From contig CAVQUB010000005.1 of assembly GCA_963716725.1 (NCBI GenBank), positions 128,001 through 192,000 on the forward strand: a stretch of 64,000 nucleotides of DNA, read 5' to 3'. A model generated the notes under the pieces. It was given only the letters and a program-made list of their open reading frames with translations, searched no databases and was not told the DNA's origin. Positions 12,488 to 20,707 of the stretch are shown here, piece after piece. The position numbers and the translations under genes were made by a program. How positions within the stretch are numbered: the first letter of the stretch is position 1; the number at the start of each line of letters is the position of its first letter. Source of the stretch: an uncultured delta proteobacterium. Lineage in GTDB: Bacteria > Myxococcota_A > Polyangia > Polyangiales > Polyangiaceae.

Positions 12488-12663
12488 GCCCAGCGCCCGG
12501 CGACGGTCCACAAGGCCCGGCGGAGATCCACGTCTCCGTCGGGCCGCTCCCTTTCTGCCACCACCTCGCCACGCCCACTCGACCACCGCACTCCGGGAAA
12601 CCACCCCGAGGGCATCACGAAAATGCCCGGGATTCGGGCGGGGGAAGAGCGTGGGAAACTACA

Positions 12664-13013
12664 GCCAGCAACGAGAGCGTCCAGCGCGCTCGCCCAGCCG
12701 GCGGCTCCGAGCACGCCGTCGCGATCAGCAACGCTTCCTCCTTCGCCGCGAGCTTGCGCTCGGCGCCGGGTCGAGGTTCCTCGCTGAGCGCCGCCTCCAG
12801 GCCCTCTTCGGCGAAGCGCCGCTTGGTTCGATAGACCGTTGACGTGCCAACGCTGACGTTTGCGGCGATGGTCGCGTCGCCAGAGCCGCCTGCAGCTGCC
12901 AGCAGGATCTGAGCTCGCTTCAGTCTGCGAACGCGCTCCTTGCCGGCCTGGATCATGCCCCGAAGCAGTTCGCGCTCCTCCGACGTCAACGTGATGCGGT
13001 ACCGTATGTTCAT
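12664..13013 (-). pseudogene. IS630 transposase, N-terminal HTH part
   Basis: YRITLTSEER...RAQILL...PRPG...PPAGRARWTLSLL. Confidence 0.9.
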
Positions 13014-13051
13014 GGTGGTTCCTGCAGCCCATTGATCATGAGAGTGCTCTC

Positions 13052-13339
13052 TTGTCGATCCCCCCCTCCAAGTCGCGGTTCACGGAAAAGCAGGGCCAGT
13101 ACCTTGCCTTCATCCACACCTACGGCTTGCTCAACCGCCGCTCGCCGGCCGAGGCCGACATGGAGAACTACTTCGGAGTGACGGCCCCGTCCGTCCATCG
13201 CATGGTCGTCGAACTGGAGCGGCGCGGACTGATCCGTCGGGTGCCGCGGCAGCCCCGAAGCATCGAGGTCTGCTTACCTGCCGCGGAAATTCCGGCGCTA
13301 CGCTCGCAATCGATCGAATCCTCTGCGTCGAGGTACTAG
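13052..13339 (+). CDS. LexA-like winged-helix DNA-binding protein carried by IS630
   Basis: FTEKQGQYLAFI...PAEADM..YFGVTAPSVHRMVVELERRGLI; stop codon is formed at the TA junction. Confidence 0.8.
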   Translation: MSIPPSKSRFTEKQGQYLAFIHTYGLLNRRSPAEADMENYFGVTAPSVHRMVVELERRGLIRRVPRQPRSIEVCLPAAEIPALRSQSIESSASRY

Positions 13340-13389
13340 TGTTCTCGAGCAGGATCACGTTCGTCCTGCTGCGCGTCTCGCCGGCGCTC
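13339..13389 (-). repeat. Displaced Fe-S gene 3' end, copy D, proximal part
   Basis: Encodes SAGETRSRTNVILLEN; 3 synonymous differences from 20724-20774. Confidence 0.92.
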
Positions 13390-13612
13390 TGATGCTGCCC
13401 CCATCCGCGCGTCCTCGGCCGCTCCACCCCTTCGGGTATGCCCCTCCGGGCACTTTCAAGGATCGTCGCGAAGCGCGTTGCGGCCTGCGGCCGCTCGACT
13501 TCCCCCAAAGCCGTGCTCGCAGGCAGCGCGAGCGGCGCGGCCGTGAATTGCGCTGACTGACTCTTCGCGCTGCCTGCTGCGCGTGGCAGGGGGAAGTGGC
13601 GCGCTCGCGTCC
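13390..13612. repeat. Conserved hairpin element, copy E3 (54-bp insertion at 13425-13478)
   Basis: Starts tgatgctgcccccatccgcgcgtcctcggccgctc; 100-nt stem-loop at 13498-13597. Confidence 0.9.
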
Positions 13613-13629
13613 GGTGATGTTGTCGCTGG

Positions 13630-14178
13630 ATCGATGCGTTGTCTCAACGGCTCGGCGGCGGAACCTCAGCGTCTGGGGGCGAGTGCCCACTTGATCGGCT
13701 TCGAGACCGTCGGCTTCGAACACGCCCTCCACCTCGTCCGTGCAGTTCGTCCGGTTGCTGCCGGCACCCAACGGCGCATGGTTGGTCTCCCGCTACGCAG
13801 GCACCACGTCTTCGGAGCAGCCGCCCATCATGTTGCTTCGTCTCGACGCAGGTGGCGCGCCCCTGGGGGCTCCAGCGCCCGTCGCGCACAATTCGTTCTA
13901 CGGCCTGCCGGGGTTGGCGAGCCTTGGGGAACGCGTCGCAGTCGCCGTAACCGATCCCAACGATCCCCTCGGCACGACCTTCGAGATCCGCATTGTCAAC
14001 GCGGCGCACCACCTTGCATCAACGCAACTATCAACCGAGCAACACCTTCGCCGAACCCCGCCTCAGCCTGATGCCATCGCCGGACCAGGACCAGTTGCTA
14101 CTCGGTTGGTCGTCGCCGGCGCCCGGCAACAGCGTATTGGCGGCGCGCGTCGCAAGGTTTTGCGTGCCGGGACCTTAG
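13630..14178 (+). pseudogene. Frameshifted C-terminal fragment of a hypothetical (possibly beta-propeller) protein
   Basis: Protein-like segments in successive frames (13740.., 13993..); no start. Confidence 0.4.
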
Positions 14179-14199
14179 GGGCCTCCCCTCGCCTCGTCC

Positions 14200-14814
14200 T
14201 CAGGCCGACGAGCCAAGGTTCAGCTGAGCCAGTGCTTCTAGGACCAACGTGCGCCTTGATGCCGCTTTGATTCGGGCGGCCATCTTTCGGGCAAGTGCGA
14301 AACTGAAGCCGCGGGGGAACTCAAGCTCCGGCAACGCGCGAAACTTTCGCGACCGAGCGGGCCGGAGGTAGAGAAAGTCCACCAGCGCTTTCTCCGCCAC
14401 AGCCACCTTCGCGCCCAAACGTGGGTCCGTGTCAAAACCGAAAAAGAAGTGCGGCGCCAGTGTGTGAAACGAGACAGCCGCTATTGGCGTCTTCACGCGG
14501 CGCGACGGGCCCAGGGTCGCGGCGTAGACGATCGCGGGGATCTGCTCGATCAATCCGTGATGATGGAGCGCCGACTGGAATGACACATAGCTTGGAGTGG
14601 GTGCGCTGAGTCGTTCAGGCACGGCGAACGCGTGCAAGCGGTCCCGAAACGCCCACCGGCCTCTGTGTAGACGAACCAAATGTCCGGCTTCGGCAAGACG
14701 TCGAAGAACGACCGACACTTGCTTCGGCGGGCGAGCAAGGCAGGCCGCCGCGTCGCTCGTGGAAAACGCGGGACTCAGCCTTTCGAGCAGCCGCAGCGCT
14801 TCAATAGAGGTCAC
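14200..14814 (-). CDS. AbiEi-like type IV antitoxin
   Basis: N-terminal wHTH (LRRLAEAGHLVRLHRGRW), SYVSFQSALHHHGLIEQIP, AEKALVDFLY; GTGA overlap with the upstream toxin. Confidence 0.85.
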   Translation of the reverse strand: MTSIEALRLLERLSPAFSTSDAAACLARPPKQVSVVLRRLAEAGHLVRLHRGRWAFRDRLHAFAVPERLSAPTPSYVSFQSALHHHGLIEQIPAIVYAATLGPSRRVKTPIAAVSFHTLAPHFFFGFDTDPRLGAKVAVAEKALVDFLYLRPARSRKFRALPELEFPRGFSFALARKMAARIKAASRRTLVLEALAQLNLGSSA

Positions 14815-15566
14815 GTTGCAGGCCGCTCCAGTGCGGTGACGACGCGCAATACCAACTGATCCCATTCGGCCGAACTAGCCGGCACGTTTGGTTCGTCCTC
14901 CGGAAGAAATGCCCGCACTTGTCCGAGATAGTCATCGAAGCTCACCGTCATCGCATTTGCCACAGCTCCTTCGAAGTCCCCGCGACCGCTCTCAGAAACG
15001 TCCGGCGGCCACTGTCCCGCGCGGAGGAGCAAATCGAGATCAAATACGTCGCGCGCCTGGGTTTCGACACGGCGCGCGAGTGCTCGTGCTTTCTGCACGA
15101 ATGCGGTCGTCGACGTGTAGTGAGAAAGGAATACCGGGGCAAGGCTGTAGCGCCCGATGAGCATCGAGTCGACTGGATCGAACGACGTGCCTTGGTCGAC
15201 GCCGCGTCGGCTAAACTCGATCTTCGTGCGCAAGCTGGCCGCGGGCGCGCTGACGTCGAGTGCAATCTTCCAGCGCTGGGTGGTGTCGGTCTGTTTGGGG
15301 GTCGTGATCTGGCCCACCGTTAGCCCATGCGTCGCCAAGGCGAGGCGGAACGAGCGGGATCCCAAGAGGCGTGAGACCTTGTTTGTCAGCGTGCTCTTTT
15401 CGATGGTCTGGACATCGATATCCAAATCCTCGGAGTATCGGGGGCTCTTGAAAAAGAAGCGCAGGTTGCAGCCGCCCTTCACCGCGTACAGCTGCTTGTC
15501 GAGCTGTCGCCCAAGTTCGGCGAGGAAAACTAGATGAAAGCGCTCAACCGCCTGCCGATCTCGCAT
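14811..15566 (-). CDS. AbiEii-like nucleotidyltransferase toxin
   Basis: KGGCNLRFF...RYSEDLD, KIEFS, K..A...R...RDVFDL. Confidence 0.88.
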   Translation of the reverse strand: MRDRQAVERFHLVFLAELGRQLDKQLYAVKGGCNLRFFFKSPRYSEDLDIDVQTIEKSTLTNKVSRLLGSRSFRLALATHGLTVGQITTPKQTDTTQRWKIALDVSAPAASLRTKIEFSRRGVDQGTSFDPVDSMLIGRYSLAPVFLSHYTSTTAFVQKARALARRVETQARDVFDLDLLLRAGQWPPDVSESGRGDFEGAVANAMTVSFDDYLGQVRAFLPEDEPNVPASSAEWDQLVLRVVTALERPAT

Positions 15567-15570
15567 TCCG

Positions 15571-15616
15571 CCATAATACAACGAATCAACACCCGAGTTG
15601 ATTCATACACTTATGG
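15571..15616. promoter_or_regulatory. Nested palindromic operator/promoter of the AbiE pair
   Basis: CCATAA-N6-GAATCAAC-N6-GTTGATTC-N6-TTATGG; TATTAT on the minus strand a few bases before the ATG. Confidence 0.6.
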
Positions 15617-15742
15617 ATCGTGCGATCCAGGATGACTCTAGCCAGCTTTGTGCAGTCTTTTCCGACACTTAACCTCCGTTGCGTCGCTGGCGGCGCGGGC
15701 ATATCGTTTGACGTAAAATGACATGCCCGCCAGGCTGGTTGA

Positions 15743-16036
15743 GTGATCCAGGGATTTTGCGATGCAGCTACCCAGGACATCCACGACGGCAGAACCACGA
15801 AACCGGCTAGAAACCGGCTCCCCGGCAGCCTGTGGCGGGTCGCAACGCGGAAGCTGGACCAACTGCATCGCGTGCTCGAACTGGCCGAGCTTCGGGTGCC
15901 GCCCGGTAACGACCTGGAGGCGTTGAAGGGGGACCGCGAGGGCCAGCACTCGATACGGATCAACGATCAGTACGGCATTTGCTTCGAATGGACCGGCGAC
16001 GGCCCGGATGCCGTCGAGATCGTCGACTACCACTGA
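15743..16036 (+). CDS. higB: HigB-like (RelE/ParE) toxin
   Basis: LRVPPGNDLEALKGDREGQHSIRINDQY.ICF.W...VEIVDYH. Confidence 0.92.
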   Translation: MIQGFCDAATQDIHDGRTTKPARNRLPGSLWRVATRKLDQLHRVLELAELRVPPGNDLEALKGDREGQHSIRINDQYGICFEWTGDGPDAVEIVDYH

Positions 16037-16058
16037 GCCGAACCAGCTGAGAAACATC

Positions 16059-16385
16059 ATGACCAGAGAAAAGAAAAGCGGAGTCGGTCTTCCCACCCTT
16101 CGTCCACCGACGTCGCCGGGTGAGATGCTGCGTGAAGAGTTCCTCGTGCCGCTTCAACTCACCCAGAGCGAACTGGCCGAGCGCATGGGTGTGCCGGTGG
16201 GGCGTGTGAATCAGATCCTACAAGAGAAGCGCGCCGTGACCGCGGATACCGCGGTGCGCTTGAGCCGGGTGCTCGGCATGAGCGCGGAGTTTTGGCTCGG
16301 ACTCCAGACAGATTGGGATCTCTGGCGCGCCCGGCGTGAAGTGAATTTGAAGGCACTGAAGCCCATCCCCGTCAAGGCCGGATAG
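16059..16385 (+). CDS. higA: HigA antitoxin
   Basis: PGEMLREEFLVPL...VTADTAVRL...FWLGLQ..WDL. Confidence 0.92.
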   Translation: MTREKKSGVGLPTLRPPTSPGEMLREEFLVPLQLTQSELAERMGVPVGRVNQILQEKRAVTADTAVRLSRVLGMSAEFWLGLQTDWDLWRARREVNLKALKPIPVKAG

Positions 16386-16407
16386 CGAAGAGTGTGGCGT
16401 TCCCCCC

Positions 16408-16459
16408 CTACGACGTATAGCTGGTGTTCTCGAGCAGGATCACGTTCGTCCTGCTGCGG
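16408..16459 (-). repeat. Displaced Fe-S gene 3' end, copy C (52 bp)
   Basis: Encodes RSRTNVILLENTSYTS-stop; 3 synonymous differences from the native end. Confidence 0.92.
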
Positions 16460-16662
16460 TGATGCTGCCCCCATCCGCGCGTCCTCGGCCGCTCTGCGGC
16501 CTCCGGCCGCTCGACTTCCCCCAAAGCCGTGCTCGCAGGCCGCGCGCGCGGCGCGGCGATGAACCGCGCTGCTCGACTCTTCGCGCTGCCTGCTGCGCGC
16601 GGCCGGGGGAAGTGGCGCGTCCCGCGTCCCGCCGGCTGCTGCTCTCGTCACCGCTCCGGCGG
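16460..16662. repeat. Conserved hairpin element, copy E2
   Basis: High similarity to E1 and E3; stem-loop at 16514-16613. Confidence 0.9.
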
Positions 16663-16702
16663 CAGAGCCATCGGGGCGGAGGGCCGGCACCGTGTGACTC
16701 GT

Positions 16703-17883
16703 TCATTCCTTGCTCGTGAGCTTCAGCATGCCGTTTTCGGCGAGCTCTTTCCGGGCCGCCTCGAACTTCCCCCAGTCGGCGCGGAGCACGATTCGGGCCT
16801 GGTGAGCCGGCGCCTCGGCGGTGGTGTCGCCCAGCGCGTCGCGTAGGATCACGATCACCGAATCGCCCGGCCGGACGCCGCCTCCCGCGAGGCCCTCGAC
16901 CCACCATCTCGAGCCCGGTGAGTGCCCAGCATCAGCGGTGGAGACTTGCCGTTCCACGCGCACCCGGTACTTCGGGTGCTTGCGCGGTTGAGCCACCACG
17001 CGCTCCACGACCGCGCGCACGATGACTGACGACAAGTGAATGTCGAAGTGCATGGCCAACCGTTGCCTCAGCTTTTCGACGAAAGCCGATGAGGCATCGA
17101 TGAGCGCGGGGTCGTCCACGCGCGAACCCTCGCCTTTCAGCCAGATGTGAAAGACCCGCGAGTGGGAGCAGCGGTCAGGTGCCGGGCAGGTGTCGTGCTC
17201 GACCTGGGTCGTGCGAAACTCGGCGCGGATACGCTGGAGCTCCGCGATTTCTCCGCGATCGAGTCGCGCGACGACGGCGGGGAACTCGGGGTAAGTGGCG
17301 GCCGAAATCAGGGCACGGCCATCGCGCATGACGATGGTTCGGTAGGGAGGAACGCCATAGCGAAGCATCACGGCGTCCCGTGCTGCGAGCACCTGCCCTC
17401 GCTGCTCCAATTCGAGGCGCTGCCAATGACCCAGGGCCCAGAGCCACAGTCCTCGGTCGAGCCGGCGAGGCGCGTCTTCGCGGGATACCAGGAACTCCAG
17501 TCGAGTGCGAAATCGAGCGGCGGCTCCCCATCCGAGAACAGGAGTTCGTCGACGTCGATGCCGACTCGTTGGCAGCCCGAGCAGAAGTGGGAGCGCCCGT
17601 CGTCGCTCTTCAGCTCCGCGGAGCCGATGACTGCGACCCAGCTGGCCAGCGTGAGCACCTCGACGGGCGGGCGCCGCGAGGGGGTGGCCATGGGAAGGCA
17701 GCCGTAGAACGCTCCCGGAGGTAACTCGGGTTGGCGCAGAGGAGGCGGTGCCGGTGCTGCGTTCGCAAGCGCAGGGGGCTCATCAGGGGGCTCATCAGGC
17801 GGCGCTTCGCAGGCCGGTGAGCCGGTGCACAGGATTGCCCAGGCGACCACCAGGCTGGTCCGGATGCCGGCCGTACCCGCCAT
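16703..17883 (-). CDS. Hypothetical exported protein(s): ORFs 17368-17883 and 16703-17410, possibly one frameshifted gene
   Basis: Signal/lipobox-like N-terminus and Pro-rich linker; overlapping ORFs. Confidence 0.5.
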
Positions 17884-17932
17884 CTCGGCTGAAGCTTAGC
17901 GCGCCGCGCGGCTCCGTGCTGCCGCGGCCGAT

Positions 17933-18022
17933 TCAGAACCCCGAGCCCGGCTGCTTCAGGAGCTCGAGTCTCTCGGCCGTCGAGGCGCGGCCGAGCGTCG
18001 CGTCCCGGTGCGGGAAGCGACC
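17933..18022 (-). pseudogene. Orphan 3' end of a DUF924-like gene
   Basis: Translates GRFPHRDATLGRASTAERLELLKQPGSGF-stop, resembling the DUF924 C-terminal GRFPHRN..LGR.ST.EE..FL motif. Confidence 0.7.
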
Positions 18023-18098
18023 GACCCCTGGAGAAACGCCGAGGGGCGAGCGAAATACGATCGCAGCGTGCGCGACGCCGTCTCGAGCCACGCCCTCC

Positions 18099-18165
18099 CT
18101 ACGACGTATAGCTAGTGTTCTCGAGCAGGATCACGTTGGTCCGACTGCGGGTCTCGCCGGCGCTC
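18099..18165 (-). repeat. Displaced Fe-S gene 3' end, copy B (67 bp)
   Basis: 66/67 identical to 20708-20774; one synonymous change (18138). Confidence 0.95.
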
Positions 18166-18368
18166 TGATGCTGCCCCCATCCGCGCGTCCTCGGCCGCTC
18201 TGCGGCCTCCGGGCGCTCGACTTCCCCCAAAGCCGTGCTCGCAGGCAGCGCGAGCGGCGCGGCGATGAACCGCGTTGCTCGACTCCTCGCGCGGCCTGCT
18301 GCGCGCGGCAGGGGGAAGTGCGCGTCACGCGTGGCGCCGGCCTCTGCTCTCGTCACCGCGCCGGCGGC
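18166..18368. repeat. Conserved hairpin element, copy E1
   Basis: Stem-loop ACTTCCCCC...GGGGGAAGT at 18220-18319. Confidence 0.9.
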
Positions 18369-20609
18369 GTCGACTCGCCGTAGGTGTTGCTGCCCCAGCA
18401 CGCGATCGAGTGGTCGGCCCGGAGCGCGCAGGCGTGGCCGAACCCGACGTCCATTTGAACGAAGCGCCCCGCGGGCGGACGGATCAGCTCTTCGTTCTGG
18501 ACGCCGACGCAAGTGAGGGTACCGTCGAGCTCGATGACGCAGGCGTTGTACCGCCCGCCGGCATGCACGGAGCGGGCGAGGCGGCCGTGGAGGTTGCCGA
18601 AGGATTCCTCGAACCCCCAACACGCGACGACGTTGTCGATGTTGCGGGCGCAGGAGAAATGGCTGCCGCTGGTGATCTGGACGAAGGTGCCGGCCGGGGG
18701 ATTGGCCTGGCCGTTGTAGTTTGCCCCCCAGCACGCGAGCGTGCCGTCGGCGCGGATGGCGCAGGCGTGCATACCGCCCACGGCCACGTCCTGGAACTTG
18801 CCCGGGGGTGGGTCGTCCAGTCCATGGCCCTGGTTGCCCCAGCACGCGAGCGTCCCGTCGAGGCGGACGGCGCAGGCTGTCATCCCCAACGTCGAAACCG
18901 TCGAGTAGTGGCCGGGCGGAAACGCGCCGACGGAGTTCATCTGGGCGGTCGGCCAGCAGCTCAAGGTGCCGTCCCGCTCGAGGCCGCACGCCCGCAACGA
19001 AACATCAGGGTAGCCGGGCGTCAGTTGAGCCGTATCCTCGTTCAGGTAGCTGCCAGCCCAGAACGAGAACGCCGCGTGGGTGCCAAGGTCCTGGTAGCCG
19101 GGGTGCGGCGGGCTGTTGGCGGGGTCGCTCAGCCACTCCTGCTGCATGTCGTTCATGGCCGCCATCGCGAAGCAATCCGAGAGGCCCTCGTAGATCGCCT
19201 TCTCCTCCGTCTTGTCGGCGGGGCGTGGCAAAACGTCTTCCCACAGCGAGTGCCCGAGCTCGTGCGCCAGGACCATCGGATCGGCTGAGGTCTTGAAGCG
19301 CTCGCCGCCAACGCCGACCTGGATGACGCCGTTGTCCGTCCCGAGGGACGTGTTCAGCCTGGTGAACCAGGCCTGCTCCGCGTACCCCCGCTGCCACCCG
19401 ACGTAGCGCACCGGGATGTTGCTGCCCACCCGCTTCGTGTAGCCGTTCTTCTTGAAGTAGCGCAGCGCGCGCTCCCCCCAGTATTGCCCGTTCACCGCGT
19501 GTCGGATCAGGGGGTCGTTGCTGATCCAGGAGTTGTCGGCGTCGCGGAACACGTCAGCCTGATCGAACTTCGGATCGACCAGCGGGCTGTCGCGGAACGT
19601 CACGACATCCTGCGAGCCCACGAGGCGGTCCGGTGTGCCCCACTCGTTGCACGACACCAGGGCCCAGGGGTTCTGCTCTTTCGGGTAGTAGGTCGTCGAG
19701 AATCGGCGGAGGCCCAGATCGGTGTCCAGCCCTTCGCCCTCGTTGTAGAGGCAGAGCCAGAGTGGGATGAGCGCGTTCTGAAACGCCGCTTGCCCCGCGG
19801 TGATGGCCTTCCCGATGGGCTTGGTGGAGCCTGACGACGAGTGCGACGCCAGCTGGATGATCCGACTGATCTGGCCCGACGCGGCATCGACCCACACGTC
19901 CGCGACTTGCTGGGCGACCACGTCGTCGCTCGTGAGGCGCACGGCGTACACGAGCTGATCGTTCCCGCGACGCACCTCGGTGGCTCTGCGGGCGCCGCCG
20001 AACATCGCGGGCTCGCGCACCACCAGGAACGGCGGCGGATACTCGCGGGCGGTGAGCGGGATCGACGAAAGCTCTGGCGCCACCTCGAGCGCGCGCGCCA
20101 CCGCCTCGTCGGGTGCGATCTCTTCCTCGGGTGGCGCGAGATCGGGTTGCGCGGTGCTCACGATCGAGGCGATGGAGATCCCGTCGCCCGCGATGTTCAG
20201 CGCAATGCGCGCGCCGCGCACGAGCGCACCGCGGTGGCGTTGTTCCAGCGCGACGACGCGCCAGTTCGCTTCTCCGGGCAACGCTTCGAGCGTATCGACG
20301 TCGGGCGTGAGCCCGAGCAATGTCAAGACCGCGGGCGACGTCGCCAGATCGATCACGCGCGCTCTTCGCTCGGCGTAAACGCGCCGCGCAATCGCCGCCG
20401 GCATCGGACGCTCACGTGCGCTCGCGAGCCAGAACTTCGCGGTGCGGCTCAGCCCCGGGATCGGGAACGTCCGCTCCCACTCGATGATGCGGACGTTGTC
20501 ACCCGTGCGATCTGCAGGGGGGGGGGGGCAAAGCGTTGGCGTCGTTCGAGGCCAGCAGCATCGCGGTGAGCGCGAACGCCAACGTTCGTACCGTCTGCCC
20601 ATGTCGCAT
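18353..20609 (-). CDS. Secreted M4/thermolysin-like metallopeptidase with C-terminal RCC1-like repeats; signal peptide out of frame at a G12 tract (20517-20528)
   Basis: RBS GGAGGT then MRHGQTVRTLAFALTAMLLA; FTP/PepSY-like propeptide; HELGH plus EGLSD; repeats of AC..R.DGTL.CWG. Confidence 0.8.
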
Positions 20610-20707
20610 CATCCACCTCCCGAGGGCAACGGTACGCGGCGCGATCGGTCCGCGCAATGTGCGCGTTGTCGCACGATGTGGGCCCGCGCGTTCCGAGCGC
20701 GACCACC

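Larger units (their letters stand above)
9406..12663 (+). mobile_element. Nested 3258-bp three-gene element (Zn-finger protein, DDE transposase, ExeA-like ATPase)
   Basis: Ends TGTAG...CTACA; 6-bp target duplication GCCAGC (9400-9405, 12664-12669); removing it restores the IS630 frame (TLSLLAGAMVRL). Confidence 0.9.
8581..13336 (-). mobile_element. IS630-family element with passenger HTH gene, interrupted by a nested element
   Basis: Perfect terminal IRs gtacctcgacgcagagga / tcctctgcgtcgaggtac flanked by a duplicated TA (8579-80, 13337-38). Confidence 0.92.
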
